DNA of 62,748 nucleotides, filler included, from Diploschistes diacapsis (taxonomy: Eukaryota): the NCBI GenBank assembly GCA_023645945.1. It is 7 parts of 7 records of this genome, joined end to end, with 100 filler letters (N's around TTAATTAATTAA, not from the genome) between each part and the next. Parts side by side here need not be neighbours in the genome. Positions count along the whole stretch, not along the records: positions 34,132 to 39,786 come from JALAIB010001504.1; positions 39,887 to 45,536 come from JALAIB010001505.1; positions 45,637 to 51,281 come from JALAIB010001506.1; 4 more parts are not named here. One strand, written 5' to 3'. A model generated the notes under the pieces. It made no database searches. It saw nothing but the letters and a program-made list of their open reading frames with translations, and was not told the DNA's origin. The position numbers and the translations under genes were made by a program. Every line of letters begins with the position of its first letter. Position 1 is the first letter of the stretch. Below, one piece after another: positions 37,298-49,656 of the stretch.

Positions 37298-39077
37298 ATG
37301 ACCATGAAACTAACAAAGTGTGCTGCAAGTAGCCGCCCCATTCAACATGGCTTTAGCCCCGCGCAAAGATCTTTCTCCATTTGTAAGTTGAGCATCATCT
37401 ATACACACAATAGACTCGCCGTTGCCGGCAAAGCCTCAAAAGTATCGTTGACCAACATAAACTCTCGGTTTGTTACTTAGGTCCCTTTCGCCGCCTCTTT
37501 ATCAACCCTAGCCCTCGCCGCAAAATGTCCTCCACTACCATCCTTCGGGCTTTAAATATAGACAACATCAACCCTCATGTCAAGGAGGCCAAGTACGCCG
37601 TCCGTGGCGAACTAGCGACAAAGGCGGAGAACTATCGAGCAAAGCTATCGGGTCGCACGGCACCCGGCGTCCCGGAACACCTGCCCTTCGATACCGTCAT
37701 CTCGGCGAACATTGGCAACCCGCAGCAGCTCGATCAGAAGCCCATCACCTTCTTCCGGCAAGTCTTGAGCATATTAGAGTATCCTGCCCTGCTTGAGAAG
37801 GAGGACGTGCTGCGGGACGGGCTGGGCTACAAGCAAGACGTTATCGATAGGGCAAAGTGGCTGCTGAACGATGTACACAGCGTTGGGGCGTACAGTCAAT
37901 CGCAAGGGGCTGCGGGAATAAGAGACAGCGTTGCGAAGTTCATCGAGCGGCGAGATGGGTACTCGGCAGATCCAGGGAGCATCTTCCTCAGTGCTGGCGC
38001 ATCTTCTGGGGTCAACACTCTTATGAACGTCATCTGCTCGGACCCTGATACCGGTGTACTTGTTCCGATCCCACAATACCCTCTGTACACGGCGACGCTG
38101 TCCTTGCTCGGCGCACGATGTGTGCCGTACTACCTCGACGAGAGCAAGACATGGGGGATGGACATCAACGACATCAAGCGATCGCTGAAAAAGGCCAAAG
38201 CCGAAGGGGCGCACGTCAAGGCCATCGTAGTCATCAACCCGGGCAACCCGACGGGAGCCAGTCTATCGCCCGAAGAGATCGCGGATGTACTAAAGTTTGC
38301 GGCCGAAGAACACTTGGTGGTTTTGGCGGACGAGGTCTACCAAACCAACATCTTCATCGGCACGTTCATGTCCTTCAAAAAGTGCCTCCGAGACCTCCAG
38401 AAGGAGTCGCCAGGCAAGTACGACCACGTGGAGCTTGCGTCGCTGCACAGTATATCGAAGGGCATGGTCGGCGAGTGCGGGCACAGGGGCGGCTACTTTG
38501 AGCTCGTGGGCTTCGATCCGGAGGTTGCGGCGCAGATATACAAGTTTGTCAGTATCAGTCTATGCGCGCCAGTCGTTGGCCAGTGCTTGGTTGAGATGAT
38601 GGTCAACCCGCCGAAGGAGGGCGAGCCGAGTTATGCTCTCTACGAGAAGGAGCACAATGGAATATTTCAGGGATTACGCAAGAGGGCCATGGCGCTGTTC
38701 GAGGCATTCAAGCAGATGGAGGGCGTCGAATGTCAGGATCCTCAGGTACGTGCCTGCTCGATGAAAGCAACATATCCCATCACAATGCGTATTACGAGAC
38801 CGCAGCTAACCTATATCAGGGCTCAATGTACCTCTTCCCAACCATCCATCTCCCCCAAAAAGCCATCGAGCAAGCCAAAAAGGAAAACCGCGGCCCTGAC
38901 GACTTCTACTGCATGCGACTTTTGGACGCGACAGGCGTCTGCGTCGTCCCCGGCTCCGGCTTCGGCCAGAAGGAAGGCACGCTGCACTTTCGCACCACGT
39001 TCCTGGCGCCGGGAACGGATTGGGTGAGCAGAATCACAACGTTCCACAAGGGGTTTATAGATGAGTTTCGGGGATAG
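37298..39077 (+). CDS. ALT1: Alanine aminotransferase (PLP-dependent, class I) with an upstream presequence exon
   Basis: YAVRGEL, ANIGNPQQL, GAYSQSQG, PIPQYPLYTA, VINPGNPTG, DEVYQTN, SLHSISKGMVGECGHRGG and VPGSGFGQKEGTLHFRTTFL. Introns 37383-37480 and 38746-38819. A second in-frame ATG lies at 37525. Confidence 0.95.
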
Positions 39078-39786
39078 ATGAGTTGGGACGCTTGAGGATT
39101 TTTCCGGGGATTGTCACCGATGGTGGTTTCTGCAGCGCACTGTATGTATGCATGGCGATGGCACAGTGTAAGGTTGGTTAGAGGGGCTTGGTGTGCGTTG
39201 TGTGATTCGTTTCGCGAAATGTGGCGCGGGTAGGGAGATGGTTAGATGGATGTTGTTGATTTCTGCCAATGATATTGATGATTGATAGAAGGTGCATCAC
39301 GATCAAGAAGCGCTGGGGATCTCCTTTTGTGTCCACACTACGCGAAACCGAACCTACTTGGTGGTAAGAGCAACAGGCAAAGTTCCTCAGGATATCCTGA
39401 CCGGTTCCTGAACGCTATCATATTGGGGGCAGGGGATATTGATAATAATCTGCATGGCAAATATCCCTTCTATCACTTTACGCCCACAACAAGAGCTCGA
39501 AGGATGCTTTAAATTAACTATCTAATAGATTTAACATACTCGAAGCTTTCCCGGCATCTTTCGGAATCATGTTATTGTTCATCTGAAGCATCCCGTGAAT
39601 GGATATGAAGTGATGGGAGAGGTTTTTGCTGTGCAAATTCTTATTAATGTCCCTGGTAGGTAGCTCCTTAAAGAACTCTAGATTCCAGAATCTGCCTCGT
39701 TTCTTTTCTCGGATTTCCTTTATTTACACATCTGGGCATCGGCATGTAATCGGAGGTGCAGGCATACAGTTGCCGCTATTCTTGAA

Positions 39787-39886
39787 NNNNNNNNNNNNNN
39801 NNNNNNNNNNNNNNNNNNNNNNNNNNNNNNTTAATTAATTAANNNNNNNNNNNNNNNNNNNNNNNNNNNNNNNNNNNNNNNNNNNN
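39787..39886. other. Artificial contig spacer
   Basis: 44N-TTAATTAATTAA-44N. Confidence 0.98.
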
Positions 39887-39889
39887 GTG

Positions 39890-40141
39890 TTATATCGATA
39901 TATATATATATATATATATAAATGACGTTTTCTTAAAACGAGAGTTAGGGTATATTTCTTGAGAGGCTAGATGGAATGTGCATTCTCCAAGAACTCTCCC
40001 GGGGAAAGGGGAAAGGGGAAAGGGTAAGCGACGATCCCGTTCGCTATGGGATATCATCGCTTGGAAAGGACGAGAGAATTAACATGAACCAACCGAGCGC
40101 TTGATGTTGACTAACTACCTACCTACCTACCTACCTACCTG
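39890..40141. repeat. Microsatellites: (TA)n at about 39898-39920, (GGGGAAA)n at about 40001-40024, (TACC)n at about 40114-40140
   Basis: Read directly at the contig edge. Confidence 0.85.
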
Positions 40142-40865
40142 CCTCTCCTTTACTATTCAACGAAAACAAACCCGCTTGCGTTTGGACACCCAGGCATGTT
40201 CATTCAAAATACTTTACCCCCCAAAAAAAAGGTATTTCACCCCAACGGGTCTCATCATTCGGGACATCAGACATCTCCTGCCCCTGACATTATCACAGTG
40301 TGTCGTCGTGGATGCTTTATATGATTGCATTAACCAAGTGAAAAAAAAAATTTTTTACCGTGTCAAAGCGAAACTTGAAAGCTCGGCCACAGAAGGAAGG
40401 AGCCGTCCCGTGTTCACAACCACACCACACAAACACGCACGCCTAACAGGATGTGGGTTTTTTTTGTGTTCCTTTCAGACTTTGCAGCGCGTGTTGTGTG
40501 TTGCGAGAAGGTGGTATCCCACACGCCCCCCCGGTCAGGAGCTCTCGTCAAACATTTCGGGGGCGGTAAAAATTCGTCATCATCTCCGAGAAGTGCATTT
40601 TCGTTACACGATTAGTCTCTATTTTCAAAAGTCGATGTTTCGATGGTCAATGTTCGAGCCCGGCTCGGTACGCAAAAGCGATGGTTGGCGGTCGAGGGCT
40701 CCTCGAAGTCAAGGGGTGTGGTCAAACAAGGCAGTGTCTGACATTGTCAGAACAGCGTGCTTCTGGCTCCGTGGTGGAATGCAGCGGACAAGGCCGCGGG
40801 CGGCTATGGCCAGAGGTGTTGTTGTGGCGGGCCAGCTATGCGGGCATCGCCGTACTGTATGATAC

Positions 40866-42160
40866 ATGAAGATGGCTACATCCACCACGAGAACTCGTCG
40901 GAAGACTGAAGAAGAGTACAGCTGTGCCTCCCTCCTAGCCCCTTGATCTGTCCGCTCCTCGGCCTCCATCCTTCCAAGGACCCCACCGCCGCTCTCCTCT
41001 GCGCCCTCACAACCACAGACCCCGTCAGCGCCCACCGCTCCCCCCTGCGAAGTCTTTTCCTACGAATGGTCTCCTGCCCCCGCCTGCAGCTCCCTTCTCT
41101 ATTCCCTCACAATCCATCCTTCGACCACGGCCACCGCCATCTACGATAAATAACCCCTGAAACGTAACCGAAGCCCCGACCATAGAACCCGCACTGCAGG
41201 ACCGGGTAGCGGCGGTGGCACTTTACAAACCCCCGTATTTCGGCCGGTTGTAGATAGTGCAGGAAATTGTGGCGGCAAGGGCGGCACGTGTCGTGTGCGG
41301 ACGGCTGGAGACGGATTTTGGATGCCTAAGGGATTTGGTTGTGGCAAGTTTTGTCGCCAAGTCTGTGCGGAATTTAGATACGGGGATCAAAGAGCTGTCG
41401 GAAAGGGTGGGAATGATGGAGGGCGTGGGGCGATGGACGGATGTGGAAGCAGTCTATGCTGCTGTGGCTAGGAAGATTTCGATGCACTGCCCGGTCAAGG
41501 CGCGCATCGCGGTGCAGCTGTTGGAGTCCATCGTTGCTCCTGCTTCGAAAGAAGAGTTCCCATCTTGGGTCCCTAACTGGCATGTTCCAAAGTGGGACGT
41601 GTGCGTCCCCGGAGCGCGGCCGTTTGACGTTACGTATGCCTAGGTCCTGTGATAGAGGGTTGTATATATCGTTACCTGCACCGAGGCAAGTTCGACTGAA
41701 GGGTGTACTGGCTGCAGTTGTAACAGCTGGAGAGCAGAACAAGCGCAACTGTGGCGAGGCTTTCGAGTCGGTGCTGAACTTGACGGAGGAGGTACGAGAT
41801 AGCATTATCGATTGCAGAGGAGGGACAATACCAGCACACATGGCAACGAATACAGACGAGTTCATACACACTGTGCTTGTCGACGTTTAGGTGCAAACGA
41901 GCAACGAAGGGGGGAGCATAAACGAAAGCGATCTGCAGAACCTACGCCAGCACTGGAAGTGGATGCAGGATGGGAAAGCGATTCTTACTGTTCCGTCCGA
42001 CATATCTGAAATCTGATTGCGGCTTGTAAGTCATTGCTTCTTCGTGACAGACAGAAAGACAATGGGTCTCTGTCCCATAAGTACTCGGCCTGGGGACAAG
42101 GTCATATTCATGATCGGCTGTTCCTAGCCTGTCGAGGACTTCTGGGTCTTTGGCTTGTGC
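40866..42160 (+). pseudogene. HET-domain (HET-6-like) protein pseudogene, internally deleted
   Basis: N-terminal LLGLHPSKDPTAALLCALTT.. then CEVFSYEW (compare YxALSYxW). C-terminal VEAVYAAVARKI, FPSWVPNW (compare LPSWVPDW), VRLKGV and HDRLFLACRGLLGL. The pieces are broken by stops and frameshifts, and most of the HET core is missing. Confidence 0.65.
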
Positions 42161-42987
42161 CTCCCCACGAGAGGTATGTATTCCATCAGTTGTGTGTATG
42201 TACGATGAAAGTGATTTAGCACATCAACAACCTATTCAAGGCCATCTTGTTTGTCAAGACTCCAGATAGATATATTTATGCCTCAGTAGGACGTATTCCC
42301 AATAAGGCTGTAAGGCTGGGGGGACGGCTGCTAACAACCACCGGCACAACACCCAAACCAACAAACATCAACATCTCAACATCTCAAGATTAGTTGGCAG
42401 CACTCTCTCTAGAACAACAGCTTTTGTTCAGTATTACTTCTTTTGAGAACCCGCGTCCTGGTCACCCGCACTGAGGATGTCAGCCAACACTGAAGGTAAA
42501 AGAGTCCTTCTGAATGGCGCTTTCCCCCACTCGGCCCATACACATGTCTGGTTTTATCGTCTCTCAATATGGAGAATGCCGGTTGCTGTCCAAGAACTCC
42601 CAATACCCACTAGTCTTCTTGTTGTGAATCACGGTTGGTACCAATCAAGGCACCTTCTTATGGGTGTGTTGTGATACCCCAAGTACAGAAGAACTCTGAT
42701 AAACATTGGCCCCCCCCCAATAAGTATGCCTTCTACTCTTTTTCCTCACATATGCGCACAGCTACCCAAAGCTCTATGAAAGCACTACTGGGTAGTGATA
42801 ATATCTTAATTTCTCTCTAATATCTACTTACTAATTTCTAATTCATTGGAACACTTGTTCCCGCTGCTCACCTCAGCGGTCTCTCGTCTACCCAACAACG
42901 TCGCGAATACCCGAGCCTCTATATAATCTGAACCGATGTCTATCTGGCTCTACATAGGACTACATCTCATTCTCCTGAGATCAAGCT

Positions 42988-43875
42988 ATGTGCTCATGTT
43001 TTTGCGAAACTTTCTGTTGCTGCTTGCTCCGCTTTCGAGATTCTTTCCGCAATACGCCGCCCTTGTCCATCAACAGAAACAACGATTTTGAAGACCGTGC
43101 AAGAGCGGAAGATGGAAGGGAATATCCCACACTAGGGGAAACGCAGAGGGACTACTCTAGAAACATCCAACCGGCACCGAGGTCGCCCATGCCTCGATTT
43201 GGGAGAGGACCAGTGTCACCAAGTACAGTAACGGAAAGTTCTTCAGGACGCCATTCTGTAAGTCACTTACCAATTACTTGTTTGAGCATACCTAGAGCAT
43301 CTCGCTATGTACTCATCTGACCTGTATCTGACATCTTTAAAAGACGGCTGTTCTGACACATCCGCCCACAGCACCTATCCTGCCTCCCCCAACAGCCGTC
43401 CTCGCCGTATATACAGTCCATTCCGCTGCAGCCGCTAAGTACTCAAGGGCTCCTGCGCCATCCACAGCCGCCAGCTTCGCCACAGCCAGATCAAGCCTTC
43501 CTACCGGCTCCACCGGCTCCATACTTCGGACATCACGGACAGCGGTCATCCCAGGACACTGGCCATCTGAGCGTCGCATCCCAGTTCTCTCTCCCAGTAT
43601 CCCCCCGCACGCAGTCACCGCTTCTCGTTCAGCCTCAGGACCAGGCGTACGCAAGGAACTCTAGAGCCTTCCTAAGAAATCTGAATTTCGATATGCCTTC
43701 CGCAAGCGAACTTTTAGTGGCTAGCGACCTAGGTGGATTCGAAGACGAGGTCGAGCTTCCGGTACCGCCAAGGGAGAATTTCCCGGAACTGGAAGGCGCA
43801 GGCTCTGAACGATCTCCAAGGCCGGAAAGTCCACGAGGCTCCGAAGACGGCGGCATAGGCGCAGGTAGGAGATGA
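42988..43875 (+). CDS. Hypothetical 257-aa Pro/Ser-rich protein with an N-terminal Cys cluster
   Basis: Exon 42988-43257, intron 43258-43371 (GTAAGT..CTGAC..CAG) and exon 43372-43875 join in frame without stops. Begins MCSCFCETFCCCLL. Confidence 0.5.
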
Positions 43876-45196
43876 GTGTATTCTCTTCTCGTTGCGGGGG
43901 ACCTTTCTTCTTACTATACTTCTTTCTCGTCCGAGGCACGTCTGGAACATGTTCTCTTTTCTTCGAATCTTCATTTCTGGCTTATTACGAGGCTGGTACT
44001 CGGTCCTAATACTCTCCATATACCCTGTCATGCAACTCCTTTGTACATAATCTTTTTTTTCGAGCATATTGCGGAGGATTTGGGGATGGTCGGATTTTAG
44101 TGTTCTAGATGACTTACGACTAACGATTTACCTGAAGTTATCGCTGTCATATTCGAGCAGGCTGCACCCACCGTCTTCAGCGTAGCCGTGGCTTTTTTGA
44201 AGCTTGTCAAATGTTTGCCCATACAATGAGACTGTCCCAGATCTAGCGTCGCTGAAGCCAGAGACTATAAATCTCAATGATTATTTTGAAAACGTCTCTA
44301 AGAAAGCCCCATCACGTTAAATTGGTGCTGAAATTCTGGAGGGAACGTGCGAATGAATTTGGGGGAATGGCTCCCAAAATGTGGCGCGCAGTAAAGGCTC
44401 TCTCTTCTAACCTATCTCCAAGCTTCCTTGACGTTGTTATGCTGTTCCAGGGAATAAGGTTGTAAGAAGTGCAAAGCAGCTAACATTTTTTGGGCGAGCT
44501 GCAGCCCATCGCAGCCACATGGGGAAGCTATAAGTCTCTCATAAAAACCCTCAATTCCCCATTGCACTACTATTGGGATTCATCCTATCCATCCCATCAA
44601 TGCAGCAATAAAACCTAGGATTTACTCAGTTCTCCACGCTCAACATAGTATTGGAATAGATTGCAAATCAACGTTGTCGTCGTCATCGTCACGGCCGCAT
44701 GAACTCACCCGCTATGCCTGAAACACACCATGCCGCGATACTTCATGCACTTCCAAATCGGCTGCACTGTAGGTCTGGCAAAACCCAAAGGGGGGCCCTC
44801 TTTCTCTCGTCTGTCGAGTCTTCCGATTCTGTCATCTTGCGTTTCGAGATTGCGATTGTTGGCCGTGCTATCTCCTCGTTGAGCATTTCGCTCCGTCCAC
44901 TCTTTCTTTCGCTCATAATCTGGAAGTTCTGCAGGACAGATATATCCGAGCTGGACATTTGATATCTTCTTGGTTGAGCAGTTATATCGAATAATTACGG
45001 GAAAGTGCGACGCTCGGATAGGCACTGTGACGAGGGGCGCAGGCGTAGCGAATACTGCACGGAGGTACAGAAGCTTACGAAGGGCATTTGGATAAGAAAG
45101 ATAGTCGTCCTTCAAAGCGGCTGCAGTCACTCCCTTTTCCTATCCCGAGTTATTCCCGAGACTTGGGCGCCGTATTGCAGAGAAAAGAAAACGAAG

Positions 45197-45536
45197 ATGC
45201 GCCGCCATACCCTCCTCGCTGTGCTGGCAGCCCTTCCATTCATCGCAGCACAAGACCCAGCACAAGACGTCTCGCAGACCATCACCATCGATGATCCCGC
45301 TCTAGGCCCGTAAGTCGGCTACTATATGTGCAGCCAACCTCCAATCGGCAGCGCTAATACCCGTACAGGAGCGGCATGCAAGTGGTCGCCAACGGCATCG
45401 AAGAAGACGGCGTCGAGATCCTTACGATAGACCTCAACCCCTCGGCCGCCGCAACTAGTGCTCCATCCAACGCCAACGGAGCCCTTCCCCCAATCATGAC
45501 GGTCTCTACCCACGCCACCGCCGCACCCTCTGCCCC
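45197..45536 (+). CDS. Secreted protein, 5' part (cut by contig end)
   Basis: Signal peptide MRRHTLLAVLAALPFIAA/QD. Intron 45310-45368 (GTAAGT..CTAAT..CAG) joins in frame to SGMQVVANGIEEDG... Confidence 0.65.
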
Positions 45537-45636
45537 NNNNNNNNNNNNNNNNNNNNNNNNNNNNNNNNNNNNNNNNNNNNTTAATTAATTAANNNNNNNN
45601 NNNNNNNNNNNNNNNNNNNNNNNNNNNNNNNNNNNN
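45537..45636. other. Artificial contig spacer
   Basis: 44N-TTAATTAATTAA-44N. Confidence 0.98.
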
Positions 45637-46944
45637 GGGGGGGGCCACCGTTGGGGCAAGCGGCATTCACCTTGTACCCCAACCCCTCAAGCCCGAGTCG
45701 GGGACGCTGATGAAACAGGAAGCCAAGGCTCGAGCTCGCTACCTTTGGTTTAAGACAAGTAGATTAAAGCATGAAGAAGGCTACAACCTGCCATGATCAC
45801 TTGCCATCATTATTACCGTCACCGTCACATCAGTTTTCAGAGCCCCCGTACAGATAGATAAGAGACAACAACAACAGGGCCCGTTTCATCGAGCGAGAGC
45901 CCCTCGGGAGGGGAAGAAGATGGATGGAAATTGCTCGTGCTCTTTCTTGTGTGGTGGTGCCTGGATCGGGGGGGACTAGTTTTTTCTATTCTCGGTTGAG
46001 GCTCGGCTGAGGCTCGGTTGAGGGCAGCCCGGACTCTGTTAGCTTAGCGTCAGGAACCGGAGGGTTGCTGCCAAGGCACTTTTGGGGGAGAGGTTTTTTT
46101 AGTAGGAAAGATAAGGTCACGGGGCTGTGATGAACCCTTGGTAGCAATCAGAGGCTGATGAATGACATATGCTCTGCATGTTTTTTTATTTATTCGGGAT
46201 GCTCCTGCTTTGTGCGATGGCATCTCATTGGGCCATGGGGGGGGCATTCAACGGGCCTTGCCACTACGATTGGATTGCAGCTATGCAAGTGGCTAGAAAT
46301 GATTGCTTATCTCTTCATCTCCGGGAGCCGTCAGCACTGGAATAGCTACGAAGGAACCCCAGAATAAAGGTTAGCGCTGATCCGTGCACGCAGCGGTCTT
46401 TACTACATATCAGGAGTTTTTGTATGGCCGCCACAACTAGTCAGCGCTAACCTTTTATTCTGCGGGGGTCCTTCGTAGAATCTTCGTATCGAGGGGCAAA
46501 TCAAATTCTTCGGAGCTGAAACACCTTCCGATTGGTTGTTCACATGCCCGTTGGTTAAAGCAGGTCATTGTGCCATGACTGGTTTCAGACACGGTGACAC
46601 TGCACCGAGCCTCTCTTTTAGCGTAATTTAGGACAAAGAGTGAGTGAATGAACGAGTGAAGGAGTGAGTGAGTGAGTTCTACGATTGGGATAAATCAATC
46701 ACACCAAAAAAAGTCAAAGGGGGCTTGAATCCTTAATCATATGTCCATCCGCTTCACCCCCTCTTGCTTCGCTTCCTGATAGCTCTACCCAAACATTAAA
46801 TTGGTTTCATTTTGCTCCGTACTCCGAACATTATTATTTCATTGCCAAGACCGATTGATGATTGATATGCGTCTAATCTAGACATCTTCGAGAGTGTCCC
46901 GTGTGTCGAGCGTGAATCATCTGCCCTCTTCGAGGCTGCTCGTT

Positions 46945-48973
46945 ATGACGGACCGTGGGGGTTACAGTGCTTTGGCACCACCAGGAAGAAAAGTAGGCAC
47001 ACTATTCCATATGATGCCCATTTGAACTGTCCATTGCTACCGCATCACGCTATTCTCCCTCGAAGTTGTCTCTACTTCCGCATTATCCTATATATGTCGT
47101 GACGCATACATATGTAATTGTCCCCCCGGTCGACTCAGTACTTACTGTCCTGTGTCTCATAGCCAGAAAATGCAGCATTCACGCCGAACCAAAGGCCGTC
47201 GCCTCTCAGGAGGGCTGCAGCTCGTCCCGCCCGAACAGCTCTTATCGTTGGCGCTGTCATTGCCAGCCTCCTCGTCCTGATTCTGGGTCTCGTATTCGGT
47301 CTACGAGCTCGGGATGCCAGCAGCAGCAACAGCAGCAGCAGCAGCAGCAGCACTGTTACCAGCCATGGCACTGCCAATCTCGACCTCTCGCCCCCAAAAA
47401 GCGCATTTCCTTCTATTCAGGAAGCTTTTGTGAGCTTTGCGATCGAGTTCTACTACCTGCCGGATTTCGCAGGTATGGTCGTAAGGTGTATTGAAGCAAG
47501 GACGGCCAGCTGACGTGACTAGGAACACCGTCTTCGCCGGGAACATTCTCGGATAACCTGCTGAACAACATCGGTAACATCAGCGGCACCAAGCCTTATG
47601 TTCGTGTAGGCGGCAATAGTCAGGACCTTGCAATCTACGAGTCAGCACAGCAAAACGCAACTCAGGCAACATTCACGCAGAACGTCCAGGGGTACAAGGA
47701 TTTCGTAAGCGTCAAGATTGGGCCAAGCTTCTTCGACTCGTTCAAGACGTGGGAGGATGTTAAGTTTATCTATGGGCTCAATCTAAAAAACGCCTCAACC
47801 TCTGCCGTAGGATGGCAGTCTTTACTGGACACGATACCGGTTGCCTGCAAAGCCCTTAACGATAGTCTTCTATATTGGGAGTATGGCAACGAACCCGATT
47901 ATTATCATATGCCGAAGGTCGAATGGAATGACGATGCGTACGTCTCGGACTGGAGTAACGGAACGAACGCCATCAAGGACCAGCTCAGCTCCAACTGCCC
48001 AGAGATGGCTTCTGACAATAGTTTTGGGTTTGTCGGTCCTTCGCTTGCGGAGCCCAACAACCTTCCGCCCATGGGCATCTTTCAGAACGGGTACAACAAG
48101 AACGGATCGGTCAAGATATACGCTCTGCACAACTACATGGGCGACTGCTCTATACAGACGTGCAACATGCAAGCAAATATGATGAACCACACTGCCATCG
48201 TCCAGAACCTGAACGGAGTGGCCAACCAAATCACCCCGCTTAACAATGGCCCCCTTATAAACCCTACCGACTCGGCAACGGTCATTCCCTTCGTCCTCGA
48301 CGAAACGAACAGCTTCCTTAGCTTGATAGACGGTCCTGCCAAATTCGCCAACGTTTTCGGCGCGGCGCTGTGGACCGTGGATTACATGCTCTGGGCGGCC
48401 TCGATAGGCATTTCCCGCATGCACATGCAGCAGGGCACCGATTTCGGCTACAACAGCTGGCAACCCCTGACCACAGGCAATGCCAACGTGAGCGTCTCGC
48501 CCCCTTACTACGGAAACATCGCCGTTGCAACGATGATTGGCAACATTCCGCGCGACTCCCCACGAGTCGTACCCGTCAGCATCCCCAACGCGGATGATAT
48601 GGACAGCGCATATGCGACGTATGTGAACGGGAGCACCCTCGCCCGAATCGCCGTCATCAACCTTCACCAACACAATGCGACCGGTGGCACCGCGGGCTCG
48701 GCGAGGAACGGCAGAAGCTACACCTTTGGCTTCCCAAGCGGAAGCAACGTGCAGGACGGACACGTAGTCACGGTCCAAAGAATGATGGCTGCCGGAAGCG
48801 ATGTCAACACGAGCATCACTTTCGATGGCTGGAGCTACGACTACGACCTGGCGGATGGGAAGCCGGTCAAGGTGGGGCCGACGACGGCGGAGACTCTGAC
48901 CGTTGGTAACGGGCTGGTCACCGTAGCGGTAAACGATAGCAGCGCGGCGATCCTGAACTTCGTGAATCCTTGA
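46945..48973 (+). CDS. Glycoside hydrolase family 79 (beta-glucuronidase-like) with an N-terminal TM anchor and poly-Ser linker
   Basis: Exons 46945-46992, 47163-47472 and 47523-48973. Motifs FVSFAIEF..PDFAG, FSDNLLNNIG..KPYVRVGGNSQD, YWEYGNEPD (acid/base), LDETNS (nucleophile), FGAALWTVDYMLWAAS and HQ/QQGT..YNSWQP..PPYYG. Confidence 0.9.
47318..47351 (+). repeat. (AGC)n microsatellite encoding a poly-Ser linker in the GH79
   Basis: cagcagcagcaacagcagcagcagcagcagcagc. Confidence 0.9.
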
Positions 48974-49656
48974 AAATATTTTAGAGGGCGTTCTGTCAGC
49001 ATGGTTCAAGCAAGCATTGGCGTTTTTGGTGGGTATATATTGGGAGATGGCTGGGCTGCACCTCGAGCCCCCCATGCTCGATCGTGGTTGCTCTGTGTCA
49101 TAAAGCATATCCTATAACTCTGTACATATAACGGTAGAGGGCATGACATGAAGTTGGATACGTTGGAAGGATGGACATTGGTACTGCGGATTGATAATAA
49201 GAAACTCATAACATTAGAACGGGTTGCAGCTTTGGCGAACGTCCAACCAACGATAGTAACCTGCGGCAATGCAACGCGATCGTTCTTTTCTTTTCACGAC
49301 AATCTCGAGCTTCCATTAGTCCAGCCTTGCAAAAGACCACTTTGACAAAGTCTGGCGTTCTCCAGAAGGCAATGAGAGGGATATTTGCACGAGGTCCCAC
49401 CGGAACTGGTCTCCGGGCAGTTTTACGTCATGCAAGGAAAGCTCCCCCCCATGTTCCATGGGAACAAAAGTCAATGATCCACCCCGAGCTTCACCAAGGC
49501 AATAACGACTGACTGACGCCATTCTCTTGTATCTATCTTTCGAAAAATCAACCACGAACGCCCGGGTGTGCTCGAACTCGCAGCATCATCTATTTTGAGC
49601 TTGGCCCCTACCATCGCGAACAGCAAAGCCTCCGAAGTAGTGTAAATTTAGCCAGG

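Noticed and set aside
34132..39786. MFS transporter plus aminotransferase as a metabolite cluster
   Set aside because: The enzyme is the canonical core alanine aminotransferase, and the short contig has no backbone enzyme or regulator.
40101..40862. 253-aa ORF
   Set aside because: Starts in a microsatellite and crosses homopolymer runs; composition is not protein-like.
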